Assembly: GCA_046292385.1 (NCBI GenBank)
Contig: JBKBRF010000002.1
Span: forward strand, 171,653 to 235,652
Length of the DNA: 64,000 nucleotides
Direction of reading: 5' to 3'
From: Armatimonadota bacterium
GTDB taxonomy: Bacteria > Armatimonadota > SYMT01
The position numbers were made by a program, and so were the translations under genes. Each line of letters starts with the position of its first letter. The stretch's first letter is position 1. Shown here in pieces: positions 47,728-58,140 of this stretch. A model generated the notes under the pieces. It did no database searches. It was not told the origin of the DNA and saw only the letters and a program-made list of their open reading frames with translations.

Positions 47728-49551
47728 ATGAAGGTGTGGAAGCTGGCCTGCCTCGGCCTGATCGGCGCGCTCCTCTGCGCCGCTCCGTTCCGCGCGGCGG
47801 CTCAGGAGCCGGAAGCACCGGACACGCCGATACCGGCCCCCCAGCAGCCGCAGGCGCGGGAGCTGGATGCGCGGCTCGATCCGCGTCTCGCGGCGCGCCT
47901 CTCCCTGGAGGTGCGGGCCGCCGGGATCGGCGAGACGCTGAGCAGCCTGGAGGCGGCGCTCGGCGTGCCGCTCTCCGCCGCGCCGGGAGTCGGCGCGCAG
48001 CGGATCACCCTCTACGCCGGAGACACCAGCCTCTTCAGCATCCAGCAGGCGCTCGCCTCCCTGCTCCACACGCGCTGGCAGCCGCGCGGCGAAGGGGAAC
48101 AGATCGCCTACCGCCTGCTGGAAGACACCGCCTCCCAGGCGCGCGCGGACGCGCTGCGGCGCCAGCGCCGGTCGCTGCTGCTGAATTCACTCCTGCGTAC
48201 CGCTGTCGCGCTCCAGCGGCGCCCCGCGGAGGCGGTCGCCCTGGAGCTCCGGCAGGAAGTGGCGGCCCGGATGCCGGAGCTGCCGGAAGAGGCGCTGGAG
48301 TCGATCACGCCGGAGCTGCTGCAGCAGACCTGGCTGCTCGCGCCGGTGCAGTACGGCCTGAGCCAGGCGCTCCTGCGGGACGGCGGCGTCTGGGTGCCGT
48401 TCCAGCAGCTCTCGCCGGCGCACCGGGTGCTCTTCGCCACCTTCAGCTCCGGCGCCGCGGGCGCAGACCTGGCCCCGTACTACCCGGAAGAGGTGCTCAC
48501 CAGCCCGCTCTCGCCGCTGGCGCAGCCGCAGGCGCGCCTGGAGTACCGCTATCTCTACGGCGACCGCTGGGCCGGCTCACTGCTGGCGATCCGCGCCGGA
48601 CTTCCGAACCGCTGGGCCGCCACGGTGCTGCCTTCCGCGCTCTACCCGATTCCGGACTACGCCAGCCTCTATCCGGAGGCGCAGGTCCGCCCCGGCGACC
48701 CCGCGCTGCAGAACGGCGTGAACGTGACGATCGACACCGAGGCGCTGAGTTGGGACCAGGCGATCACGCTGCTGGCGGAGAGGGCCGGCCTGAACGTGCT
48801 GAGCGACTCCTACCCCCGGCCGGACGTCTTCCGCACCCCCGGCACCGCGCCGGTGATCGTCGGCACGACGGTCGGCGCAACGCTCGACCGCCTGGCGAGC
48901 CACTACGGCTACGTCTGGTGGCGGCTGGGTGATTTCTACGTCTTCCGCCACCGCTACTGGGCGGAGGAGCAGCGCGTCGCCGTGCCGGAAGAGCTGCTGC
49001 AGTGGGTCGGCGCCGGAGTCTCCGGCGGACGCCTCGCCACGGACCGGATCACCGGCCTGGCGCACCTGACCGACGAGCAGCTCCTCACGCTGAACAGCTA
49101 CGGGCGCGCGGCCGGGCGCGGTGTCGCGCCGCCGGAAGCGTTCGACCTGGACCAGATGCAGCTCGCGCAGCGCGCGCTTAGCCTCTTCTCCGGCCTCACT
49201 CCCGCGCAGAAGGAGCTGGCGCGCAGCACCGGCATCTCCGCCCTGCAGCTCGATCCCTCGCAGCGTCAGGCGCTGCTGGCGATCGCCTACGAGCGCGCGC
49301 TGCCGGTGGCGCTTACCACCCTGGAGCAGTGGCGCTTCCGCGTCTCCGACGCCTTCCGCCGGGAGCGGCTCTCCGCCGGCTGGGCGGAGCTCGGCACGGT
49401 GCGCTTCCTCTTCGATTACGGCAACGCCGGAGCCGCGTCCGCCGAGTTGGCGGTCCGCGCCCCCGCGGTAGAAGCTCCCGCCGCCACGGACGCCGCACCG
49501 GCGGGCTCCCCGCCCGCGCCGATCGAGGAAGGGCAGGGCGGGGAGAGGTAA
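47728..49551 (+). CDS. Secreted hypothetical protein with secretin/TonB N-terminal (STN)-like segments
   Basis: Signal peptide MKVWKLACLGL; LDPRLAARLSLE...LEAALGVPL; second DPALQNGV...LAERAGLNVLSD; GGGAGG SD. Confidence 0.7.
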   Translation: MKVWKLACLGLIGALLCAAPFRAAAQEPEAPDTPIPAPQQPQARELDARLDPRLAARLSLEVRAAGIGETLSSLEAALGVPLSAAPGVGAQRITLYAGDTSLFSIQQALASLLHTRWQPRGEGEQIAYRLLEDTASQARADALRRQRRSLLLNSLLRTAVALQRRPAEAVALELRQEVAARMPELPEEALESITPELLQQTWLLAPVQYGLSQALLRDGGVWVPFQQLSPAHRVLFATFSSGAAGADLAPYYPEEVLTSPLSPLAQPQARLEYRYLYGDRWAGSLLAIRAGLPNRWAATVLPSALYPIPDYASLYPEAQVRPGDPALQNGVNVTIDTEALSWDQAITLLAERAGLNVLSDSYPRPDVFRTPGTAPVIVGTTVGATLDRLASHYGYVWWRLGDFYVFRHRYWAEEQRVAVPEELLQWVGAGVSGGRLATDRITGLAHLTDEQLLTLNSYGRAAGRGVAPPEAFDLDQMQLAQRALSLFSGLTPAQKELARSTGISALQLDPSQRQALLAIAYERALPVALTTLEQWRFRVSDAFRRERLSAGWAELGTVRFLFDYGNAGAASAELAVRAPAVEAPAATDAAPAGSPPAPIEEGQGGER

Positions 49552-49608
49552 AGGCGTTGATTACCCCGTCTTCCGCCGGGAAAAAGATCCACGATAGGAG
49601 GTAACCGG

Positions 49609-50337
49609 ATGAAGGCCCTACTCTTTTCACTCTTCGTGTCTACCCTGTTCCTGCTGCCGGCGCTGGCGCAGCGGGAAGACCGCGCGGACGAGCCGGTGCT
49701 GGTGGTCAGCGGCAACTCGGAAGTGCGCGTAGCGCCGGACCTGGCGATCGTGCGCCTCGGCGTGACCCGCATCGCCAGCACGGCGCAGCAGGCCCAGGCG
49801 GAGGTGAACCAGGCCGCCCAGGCGATCCTGGAGAGCGTGCTGCGCCTCCAGGTGCCGAGGGAGGCGGTGCAGACCTCCCAGCTCACGATCCAGCCGCTCT
49901 ACGAGCAGCGTCAGCCGCGCCCCGGACAGGAGCCGCAGGAGCCGCGCGAGCCGCGCATCGTCGCCTACCAGGCGTCGAACGTCGTCACGATCCGCCTCAC
50001 CCGCCTGGAAACCGCCGGCCCGGTGATCGACGCCGCCCTGAAGGCCGGCGCCAACCGGCTGGACGGCCTCTCCTTCGGCCTGCAGAACGACCGCGAGGCG
50101 CGGCAGCGCGCGCTCACCGAGGCAGTGCGGGAAGCCCGGCAGAAAGCGCGCACCATGGCGGAGGCGCTCGACGTGCGCCTGGTGCGGGTGGTAGAGGCGA
50201 TCGAAGGCGGCTACGTACGCCCGATGGAGTTCGCCGCCGAACGCGCCATGATGGCCGCCGGCGACGCCGGCACTCCCGTCTCACCCGGAGAAGTCTCGGT
50301 CCACGCCAACGTCACCCTGCGCTACCGGATCCAGTAG
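49609..50337 (+). CDS. SIMPL domain (DUF541) protein
   Basis: VSGNSEVRVAPDLA, GAN..DGLSF, AVREARQKARTMAEAL, PGEVSVHANV; AGGAGGT SD. Confidence 0.93.
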   Translation: MKALLFSLFVSTLFLLPALAQREDRADEPVLVVSGNSEVRVAPDLAIVRLGVTRIASTAQQAQAEVNQAAQAILESVLRLQVPREAVQTSQLTIQPLYEQRQPRPGQEPQEPREPRIVAYQASNVVTIRLTRLETAGPVIDAALKAGANRLDGLSFGLQNDREARQRALTEAVREARQKARTMAEALDVRLVRVVEAIEGGYVRPMEFAAERAMMAAGDAGTPVSPGEVSVHANVTLRYRIQ

Positions 50338-50393
50338 GCGCTGAGAGGCTTCGGCGGCTCCGCGGCCGAGACCATTGGCTCCCGCAGGCAAAG

Positions 50394-50626
50394 CCGGAGG
50401 GAGCCAGTTGTGACTACCCCTGGGACGTCAGGGGTGGTCGCTCGACGGCGGACGATTCAGCCCGTGAACCAGGCTGCTGTGGCGGTAGAGCGCACCGGCG
50501 CGGGAAGAGCGCAGCGGTACGCACTCCCGGAGTGGCCTGCTAGCGCCGGAGGCGCGTGAAAAGGCCGCGGAGGGCCCTCGTCGCGGGAGGGCTGTAATCG
50601 TCCGACTAGGGCGCGGGGGCGAACCC
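50394..50626 (+). ncRNA. Structured repeat element, copy D
   Basis: P1 gactacccctg/caggggtggtc; stem 50449-50463 with 50589-50604; core very similar to copy C. Confidence 0.5.
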
Positions 50627-50658
50627 GCGGTGTCGACGCTGCTCCACGCCGGAAGGTC

Positions 50659-50700
50659 AAAAAGAGCGGGAGGCCCCCCGAAAGGAAGTCCTCCCGCTCT
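50659..50700 (-). terminator. Intrinsic terminator of the 50714-51184 gene
   Basis: agagcgggagg / cctcccgctct stem followed by a T-run on the minus strand. Confidence 0.75.
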
Positions 50701-50713
50701 CCATTTCGAAGCA

Positions 50714-51184
50714 TTAGCGGCTCGAAAGCATCGGTCCCAGCACCTCCCGCGTCTTATCGACCGCCTGCGCGGCCGGCGTGAGGTCCCAGACCACCGGGAT
50801 CAACAGCACTCCCAGCAGCGCAAGCGTGGAGTAGCGGAGCGCCGTGAGGCCGCCGGAGCGGTCCAGACGCCAGGTGAGCCCGCAGAGCACCACCAGGACG
50901 GCGGACCACGCCGGGAAGAGCCAGAACGCGCTCTGCACCAGCTTCGCCGGGCCGTAGCCCAGCATTCCGAAGGTGAGCAGCGCGGTCACCGCGAAGACGA
51001 GGATGCTCGCCGCGGTGTCCCAGGGCTGCAGCACGGCGCGCAGACGCGCGGCCGCCGCCTTGCGGGCGAAAGCCTGCCGCTGCCGCCAGTTCGGCTTGAA
51101 TTCGGCGCCGCAGACCTCGCACTTCAGCGGCGAGCTGCCCTGCATCTCCACGTACGCCGTGCATTCCTTGCACTTCACGTACAT
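50714..51184 (-). CDS. Hypothetical membrane protein with N-terminal zinc ribbon
   Basis: CKEC...CEVC then three hydrophobic helices; AGGAGG SD. Confidence 0.75.
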   Translation of the reverse strand: MYVKCKECTAYVEMQGSSPLKCEVCGAEFKPNWRQRQAFARKAAAARLRAVLQPWDTAASILVFAVTALLTFGMLGYGPAKLVQSAFWLFPAWSAVLVVLCGLTWRLDRSGGLTALRYSTLALLGVLLIPVVWDLTPAAQAVDKTREVLGPMLSSR

Positions 51185-51290
51185 CTGTGTTCCTCCTGTC
51201 CCCTTCCGGGGTTACTTTCTCCCAACCGGCCCTTTGTCCCCGTCTACGGGGCTTTCTGTAACGTGAAGGTCCGACAGAAGGAACCGGAAC

Positions 51291-51487
51291 AGGTGTAAGA
51301 AGGGAAGTCAGGGGGATAGGGGGAGATGAGGGGATAAATCAGGTCCAGCCGATCACGGTGATTCCGCTGGAATCCGCTCAGCCCGGCGAAACGGCCGCGT
51401 TGACGCAGCAAGTCGACGCCAGGCGAGCCAGAACAGTGCAGATCCCCTTATCCCCCTCCATCTCCCTCATCTCCTTTCTTACACTTG
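51291..51487. repeat. ~197-bp palindromic element of gggagatga-type nonamers
   Basis: Ends caggtgtaagaaggga and tcctttcttacacttg. Confidence 0.75.
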
Positions 51488-51509
51488 CAGCTGACAGCAC
51501 TCCGCACTC

Positions 51510-51980
<471 letters not shown>

Positions 51981-52068
51981 CACTGGACCTCCCGCACTCG
52001 CACGTGACCTCTGCTGAGAACATGCTACAGTACACGCGGAAAGTCCGTTTTGTAGCCGGGAGGGGAAG

Positions 52069-52695
52069 ATGCTGCGCCGCGCGTTCATACTGTCTGCCGC
52101 CGCCCTGGCGCTGGGGACCGCCGCGTCGGCCCAGCTTCAGGAGATCTATTCGCAGTACGTGCGCGTGCTGAACCCGCAGGGCGACTTTGCCGCGAAGCTG
52201 ATCCGGCTGGAGCCCGGAGGCGGGGAGGGCTGGCGCGAGGTGCGGGACGAGCGGAACGGGTACCGGCTCCAGGTACCGGCCGGCGCGAAGGTCGATACCG
52301 CCGCCAGCGGCTCCCGGGTGCTGCTGGTGACGCTGGAGGAGAGCCAGGAGGCCCCCTCGCCCACGTTCCGCATCGACCTCTTCCAGCCCGCTCCCGGCGA
52401 GCCGACGAAGGTCGACGCCGAATACGCCCGGGCCTACGCGGAGCAGTATTCGGAGACCGCCTTCGAGGGGAAGCTGCAGGTGACCGACAGCGGGCTGCTC
52501 CAGGTGAAAAAGCTGCCGCTCGCCATGGTCGGCGGCGTCCGACCCCAGGGCGCCGCGCAGGCCTACCGCCTGCAGTGCGCGCACCTGAGCAAGAAGCAGC
52601 AGCTCTTCCTCACCGTCGACTGCTCCGCGGCCGATTGGCCGGGCCTGAGCGAGACGGTCGGCCGGATGCTCCTGACCTTCGAAGTGGGCAAGTAG
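52069..52695 (+). CDS. Secreted hypothetical protein (PsbP-like fold possible)
   Basis: [16 protein letters not shown] signal; W....D...GY.L.VP; ends MLLTFEV. Confidence 0.65.
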   Translation: MLRRAFILSAAALALGTAASAQLQEIYSQYVRVLNPQGDFAAKLIRLEPGGGEGWREVRDERNGYRLQVPAGAKVDTAASGSRVLLVTLEESQEAPSPTFRIDLFQPAPGEPTKVDAEYARAYAEQYSETAFEGKLQVTDSGLLQVKKLPLAMVGGVRPQGAAQAYRLQCAHLSKKQQLFLTVDCSAADWPGLSETVGRMLLTFEVGK

Positions 52696-52736
52696 GCGCC
52701 GGCAGGCGACAGCCGTCGCCGGGTGACTAAGAACAA

Positions 52737-52768
52737 CGAAGCGGGACCCATCCCGGGGTCCCGCTTCG
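52737..52768. terminator. Hairpin between convergent genes
   Basis: cgaagcgggaccc / gggtcccgcttcg, 13-bp perfect stem. Confidence 0.7.
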
Positions 52769-52791
52769 CAATTCCGAAGGCTGCCGGCACG

Positions 52792-53856
52792 CTAGAGCGA
52801 GCGAGTGCGGCGGCGGTCCCGCGAGGGGTCGGCGGAAGGCGGCTGCGGCACGGTGCGGCTCCGCTCTTCCAGCAGCATCCGCAGCATGTCGAGTCCCTCT
52901 TCCTTCGCCGGGACCGACTCGGCTTCCGCGGGGGTGGTGGAGCCGGCCATCCGGGCCATGCCGGCCATGCCGGTGTCGGTCCGCGTCTCCATCGACATCC
53001 CGGCCGTGCCCGGCTTCATCATGCTTGCCATCGTCGCCTCGCGCGTGGCCGGCATCATGTTCATCACCGGCTCACCCGGTACGGCGGGAACCGTGGGCGC
53101 CGTGGGGACCGTCGACGGGAGCCGCGGCTCGGCCGCGCCTACCTCCGGCTTCGGGGCGCCCGGCACTTCCGGGCGGGGCGCCGAAACCGCGGCCTCCGTC
53201 GGCTTCTCCGTCCGCCGCTTGAGGGTCGGCTGCGGGCGCCGGTTGGCAGGCGCGGGCGCCGCCTGCTGCTCCGCGACCGGCGCGGCCACCGGCTCCCTCA
53301 CCGGCTCGACCTCGCTGCGGGTGGACACCTCCGGGAGCGGCGCGGGACGGGGCGCCCGCGCGATCCGGATGGGACCATGGGCAGTGTGCGCCTCGGCCCC
53401 GCGCTCCTCGTGCCGCACCGGCGGCTCCGAAGCGTGCTGCTCCGGGCGCTCCGGCTCGGTGCGGGCGATGACCGGCTCCCGCTCGACCGGCGTCGAGGAC
53501 GGGATGATCCCCGCGCGGCTCTGCATCACGCCGAGGAGCAGGAGCGCGGAAGCGCCCGCGAAGGCGGTGAAGGCCCACGGGCCGTAGGGAAGGCTGTGAC
53601 GGCGCGGGACCGCGGCCGGGACCGGAGCCAGCTTGGCGCCGGAGATACCGGCCATGATGCGGGCGTGCAGACCGGTTGGGAGGTCCTCCTCCGGGATCAG
53701 CGACGCCAGGCGGGACAACCCGCGCAACTCTCGCAGCTCACCGGCGCACTGCTCGCAGCGAGTGACGTGCTGCTCGACCGATTGCTCCTGCGTCGCGCTG
53801 AGCTCGCCATCCACGTAGGCGGATAGCTGCTTTCGAACCCTGCCACACCACATCAT
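52792..53856 (-). CDS. zf-HC2 (ZAS) anti-sigma factor family membrane protein
   Basis: C..VRKQLSAYVDGELS......VEQHVTRCEQC (HxxxCxxC), one TM helix, Pro/Ala-rich extracytoplasmic tail. Confidence 0.85.
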   Translation of the reverse strand: MMWCGRVRKQLSAYVDGELSATQEQSVEQHVTRCEQCAGELRELRGLSRLASLIPEEDLPTGLHARIMAGISGAKLAPVPAAVPRRHSLPYGPWAFTAFAGASALLLLGVMQSRAGIIPSSTPVEREPVIARTEPERPEQHASEPPVRHEERGAEAHTAHGPIRIARAPRPAPLPEVSTRSEVEPVREPVAAPVAEQQAAPAPANRRPQPTLKRRTEKPTEAAVSAPRPEVPGAPKPEVGAAEPRLPSTVPTAPTVPAVPGEPVMNMMPATREATMASMMKPGTAGMSMETRTDTGMAGMARMAGSTTPAEAESVPAKEEGLDMLRMLLEERSRTVPQPPSADPSRDRRRTRSL

Positions 53857-54197
53857 GGCGACTCCTAACCCCTCGCCCGGCTCGCCGGTCCTTCCCAGCG
53901 AATACGCTCCGTACGACAATTACGGAGCGGACCGGTTACAACAATCTCGCAACAGCTCTGCGTTCCTGCTTCGTTCCTTCGGCCGCACGCTCGCGCCGGC
54001 GATACGACCATTCCCGGTTTCCCAGGATACGACACCCACCCGCAGAGCTGGTTGCGCCTATCGACCTTAAGACTGTCTGGGTGACTTCACTACGCCTGCC
54101 CGGCACCCCGCCGCGGCTTTCCTCAAAGACGCGCGGCGCTCCGGATTGTTCCCCTATTTGCCTCGGGACTGGTGTGACACACGCCACAGCGGGTCTC

Positions 54198-54244
54198 GGA
54201 CAGAGACAGAGGGACTGAGAGACGGAGAGACAGAGAGACGGAGC
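54198..54244. repeat. gagac(a/g)ga octamer tract
   Basis: Reverse complement of the unit at 1374-1413. Confidence 0.8.
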
Positions 54245-54267
54245 GCGGCAGGGGTGGCGGGGATGGC

Positions 54268-54363
54268 GCCCCGGAGGGGCGCGAGACGATAGCCGGGGGT
54301 CAGCGCAGCGCAGCCCCCGGGCTCACGCCGACCCAATACATCCGCCCTGGAGGGGCGGCGGAG
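54268..54363. repeat. REP-like cassette
   Basis: Two gccc(c/t)ggaggggc hairpins around ccggggg...cccccgg. Confidence 0.7.
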
Positions 54364-54625
54364 CTACGCGCGCTCCTTAGCGAAATCGGTGCGGAGTCAA
54401 CTCCGCGGGTTGGTTCCGCCGGAGGCCAACCTCCGGCGATCCGGGGCTTCACCGTCTCGGACGGGCGGCGGAAACCCCGCTTCTCGAGAGCGCGCCGGAG
54501 CCCGGGGTCGCCAGCGAGCAGGAGCAGGAGTAAGAGCAGGAGCAAGAACTGCCGTACACGGAGGGCTCTCCACCTCCGGTGCGCGGGGGTTCGGAACCTG
54601 CAACCTGCAACCTGCAAACCTGAAC

Positions 54626-56221
54626 CTATCTGCGCGGCGCTGGCTTCTTCGGGGCGGCGGGGGCGGGGGCGGCCCACGTGAGGGGCGGCAGGGTAGCGGT
54701 CTTGCCGGCGGCGACGGTGACCGTCACCTCCACGTTCTGCCAGGCGCCCGGCTTCGGCAGCTCCACGCCGGTGTACTTGCGGCGGACCCGGTAGACGCCC
54801 GGCTGCAGGTCTTCCAGCAGCACCTTCCCGTCGAAGTCGACCGGGAGGTCGATCCACCGCACCGCGCTCCAGCCGCCGGGGGTCTGGCGGGAGAGGCCCA
54901 GGCTGACCGTCCCGCTGCGGGGGCTGCGGGTGCGGATGCGGACCTGGCTGGAGACGGCGCCGCCGCCCGCCTGGAAGTAGGGGTTCTGCTGCGCGGCCGC
55001 GCCTTCCGGCATCGGCGCCGCGTTGCGCGCCACGAACCGCTCCGGCACCGGCAGCGGCACGTCGGCGAGGCGGAAGCGGAGTAGCCGCACCGGCTCCTCC
55101 ATCTCCGCAATCTCCCAGGTGAGCTTCGCCGGCTCTTCCTCGCAGCCGGGGAAGATCCAGGTGCCGTCGGAAACGGTCACGTCCGCGCCGCGGTAGCTGC
55201 TGCCGCCGCGGAGGAGCGAGCCGGGATACCGGCGGCCGGACTTCCCGACCAGCTCCGGCACGATCTGCCCGCCCTTCGCCCCGCCGTAGCGGCGGTCGCT
55301 CGGCGCGAAGAGACGCACGCGCACGCTCGGCCCGCTCGGCAGCTCGCCGCCGGAGACCCGCGGGCCGGGGAGCTCCTCCGGCCCCTCGTCCTGCGGCTTC
55401 GGGATCACCAGGTAGCGCGACACGAGGACAATGAGGTCCCGCGCCTCCGCACGGCCCACCGGGCCGGTCAGCGGGAGCGGCAGCTCCGCCTGCAGCGTGC
55501 GCCGGCGCCGGTAGCGCATCAGGTCGCCCTCGATCGAGACCAGCTTACGGGCTTCCGGGTGGGGCCCCTCCAGCGTGACACTGCCGCTCCACTCGTCCGG
55601 GTAGAGGCCGCTGTTGGAGCTGCCGAAGTACCACGGCGTCTCGCCTTTGGAGGTGGCGACGTGGCCCTGGTCGTCGGTCACTACCAGGTTCTGCACTCCC
55701 GCGATCGAGTCGCCCTCGTCCTCCCCCAGCTCCGCGGTGAGCGCCAGGTTCAGGCTGCGGTTCGCCTGCGGCGGCGGGGCGCCCGGCTCGAAGCTGGCCC
55801 AGCGGCTGTCGTACAGGTTTAGGGAGCGGACGTAGAGCCGCACCCCACCCCGCTCGAAGAGCCCCACCGGCTCTCGCGGCTCCACGCCGATCGGCGCCGG
55901 CAGCAGCCGGTACCCCTCGCCCGCCCGGGTGGGACGGAGCTGGAACCTGTCGCAGAGCTGGCGCAGCGCTCGGGAGAAGGAGACGTCCTCCCAGTCGAAG
56001 CTGCCCTGCGGCGGCGCCGCGCCGATCGGCCGGAGCGCTCCGATCTCCACCGGCACGCCGGAGGCCTCGGAGAGGCGCGCGGCGGCCTGCCCGGCATTCA
56101 CGTTCTCCAGCTTCAGCGTGACCCGGCTCGGGGCCGCCGCCGCGGCGGAGAGGAGGCATGCGGAGAGAAGCAGCGCGCGGGCGACGAGGGGGAGGCTTCG
56201 GAGGGTGCGTGGCTCGTACAT
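54626..56221 (-). CDS. Secreted hypothetical protein, paralog 1
   Basis: Signal peptide; STN-like N-terminus (RLSEASGV...SFDW...RALRQLC); C-terminal LQPGVYRV domain; Pro/Ala/Lys tail. Confidence 0.75.
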   Translation of the reverse strand: MYEPRTLRSLPLVARALLLSACLLSAAAAAPSRVTLKLENVNAGQAAARLSEASGVPVEIGALRPIGAAPPQGSFDWEDVSFSRALRQLCDRFQLRPTRAGEGYRLLPAPIGVEPREPVGLFERGGVRLYVRSLNLYDSRWASFEPGAPPPQANRSLNLALTAELGEDEGDSIAGVQNLVVTDDQGHVATSKGETPWYFGSSNSGLYPDEWSGSVTLEGPHPEARKLVSIEGDLMRYRRRRTLQAELPLPLTGPVGRAEARDLIVLVSRYLVIPKPQDEGPEELPGPRVSGGELPSGPSVRVRLFAPSDRRYGGAKGGQIVPELVGKSGRRYPGSLLRGGSSYRGADVTVSDGTWIFPGCEEEPAKLTWEIAEMEEPVRLLRFRLADVPLPVPERFVARNAAPMPEGAAAQQNPYFQAGGGAVSSQVRIRTRSPRSGTVSLGLSRQTPGGWSAVRWIDLPVDFDGKVLLEDLQPGVYRVRRKYTGVELPKPGAWQNVEVTVTVAAGKTATLPPLTWAAPAPAAPKKPAPRR

Positions 56222-56257
56222 CTCGAGTTAGTCTGTCCAGCTACTTCTGGTGAGTTG

Positions 56258-56345
56258 GAGTGGGCGCAAGGGAGAGAGGGGGAATGGGAGATCCGCGCTC
56301 GTAAGCAGCTTCGCAAGCTCGCCCACTCGCCCTTGCTCCGATTCC
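56258..56345. repeat. Palindromic GGGAGAG-family element
   Basis: Homologous to 8317-8406. Confidence 0.75.
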
Positions 56346-56376
56346 GCTACCGCCCATTCAGCGCGGCGGCAGGCTA

Positions 56377-58038
56377 CTACTTCTTCACCGGTCTGGCGCC
56401 GGCCGGCTTCTTCGGGGCGGGACGGGCTGCGGCGGGCTTCTTGGGAGCGGCGGACACGCCGGGCTTCGACCACTCCAGCGGCGGGAGAACCAGCTCTTTC
56501 CCCGGCTCTACCTGGACCACCAGCTCGTCTCCGGTCCACCGGCCGCCGGTCGGCAGCGCCTCCTCGCCCGGGCGGTACGACCGCAGCACGCGGTAGCGTC
56601 CCGGCCGGACTCCGGAGAGCCGCGCGGTGCCGTCTTCCACCGGCACGCTCATCCAGCGCAGCGGTCCCCAGCCTTTTCCGCGCTCCGCCGCCATGCCGAT
56701 CTGCAGCGTGCCGGCAGGCGCCGGACGGCCGGAGAGGCGGACCGGGGAACTCACCGCCACGCCGTCCGGAGAGTGGAGCGGTTTTGCGGCCGGCTGTCGG
56801 TCCGGATCCTCGGCGGGCTGTCGCCCCGGACCCGCGGCGGGCGCCGCGAGCGGCTCCGGCAGCGGGACGTTCGGGATACGGAACGTGAGCAGCGGCACCG
56901 GCTCACTCCGCTCCAGCGTATCCCAGATCAGCTTCGCCGGCCGGTCACCCTCGGCCAGCCGGAAAGAGATGGTCCCCTCTCCGAACTGCCAGTCGCCGTC
57001 CCCACCGCCGCCCCAGGAGTGGCCGCTGGAGGGATACAGCTCGCCGGAGGCGCCGGCGAGGAGGGGGTTCGAGGCCGCCTCCATGAACTCGCTGCGCGGT
57101 CCCGCCGGCGCGAAGACCCGGAGGCGGATCGTTCTTTCGCCGCTCGACGGCCGGCGCCGGATCTGCGGCAGGTCTTCCTCGCCCGGCGGCACCGGGAGCT
57201 CCTCCGGCGAGGGAGGGCCGTAGCCGGAAACCACGACCAGCGTCTCTCCGATCTGCTTCCGCACCGCCTTGCCGCTCTCCGGCAGCTCCAGCTCCACGGT
57301 GGACCGGCGGACGGTGCGGTGGACCAGCAGCTCTCCCTCTACCCAGGTGAGGCGGCGGGCGCGTGGATCGGGGCCGGGCAGCGAGACGCTGCCGCTCCAG
57401 CGGTCCGGAAAGCCGGCTTCGAAGAAGGACGGCGGTGAACGAAACTCTCCCTGGCGGGCCAGGACCTGGCCGGTGTCGTCCCGCGCCACCACGTTCGCCA
57501 GGCCGTAGACCTGGTCCCGGTCCAGCTCCCCCAGCTCCGCGGCGAAGTGCAGGGTCAGGGTGCCGCTGCTGTCCCGGTTCCCGCCGACCCCGGCGAGGTT
57601 CCGGCTGCGGGACTGGTGGATCGCCGTGGAGACCATGTAGAAGCGGACCCCGTCCCGCACCACCAGCCCGAACGGCTTCAGCGGCGGCCCCTCCTCCGCG
57701 AAGCCGCCCGGCATGAGCTGGTAGACCGGCCCGCGCCGCTGGGGCCGCAGCCCGTACCGGGCGCAGAGCTCCCGGAGCGCCCGGTTGAAGGTCGCCGCGC
57801 TCCAATCGAAGCTGGCCCGCTCCGCCAGCGCGCCCTGCGGCATCCCGAGCGGCTGCGCGTAAGCCGGCAGCGTGAGGCGGACGCCGGACGCTTCGGAGAG
57901 CCGGCGGATCGCCTCCGGGGCCGTCGCATTCTCCACCCGGATCCCGAGCCGCGCTGCCTCCGCGGCGGCGGCGCCGACTCCCGCCGCCGGCGCGACGACG
58001 CACCCGAGGACGGAGAGGAGGGTGAGAAAGTGGCGCAT
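56377..58038 (-). CDS. Secreted hypothetical protein, paralog 2
   Basis: Start MRHFLTLLSVLG with GGGAG SD; colinear similarity to 54626-56221 (RRLSEASGV, SFDW, PDRWSGSVSL.GP.P.AR.L, VRPGRYRV). Confidence 0.78.
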   Translation of the reverse strand: MRHFLTLLSVLGCVVAPAAGVGAAAAEAARLGIRVENATAPEAIRRLSEASGVRLTLPAYAQPLGMPQGALAERASFDWSAATFNRALRELCARYGLRPQRRGPVYQLMPGGFAEEGPPLKPFGLVVRDGVRFYMVSTAIHQSRSRNLAGVGGNRDSSGTLTLHFAAELGELDRDQVYGLANVVARDDTGQVLARQGEFRSPPSFFEAGFPDRWSGSVSLPGPDPRARRLTWVEGELLVHRTVRRSTVELELPESGKAVRKQIGETLVVVSGYGPPSPEELPVPPGEEDLPQIRRRPSSGERTIRLRVFAPAGPRSEFMEAASNPLLAGASGELYPSSGHSWGGGGDGDWQFGEGTISFRLAEGDRPAKLIWDTLERSEPVPLLTFRIPNVPLPEPLAAPAAGPGRQPAEDPDRQPAAKPLHSPDGVAVSSPVRLSGRPAPAGTLQIGMAAERGKGWGPLRWMSVPVEDGTARLSGVRPGRYRVLRSYRPGEEALPTGGRWTGDELVVQVEPGKELVLPPLEWSKPGVSAAPKKPAAARPAPKKPAGARPVKK

Positions 58039-58140
58039 GGTTCTGCTCCCGGTGCGGATTGGAATCTCTGTCCCTTTCCGGGGAGCGACGCAGGACTCCT
58101 GCCCGCACGCGCGGGAACGAGCCTCCGGAGGAGTGGAGCT

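Noticed and set aside
50408..50440. Resemblance of gactacccc...gggg to the 5' end of HEARO/IscB omega-RNA, and of GTAA...GAGGG to twister ribozymes
   Set aside because: Only a few nucleotides match, the remaining consensus is not visible and no IscB/TnpB ORF is adjacent; needs cmscan
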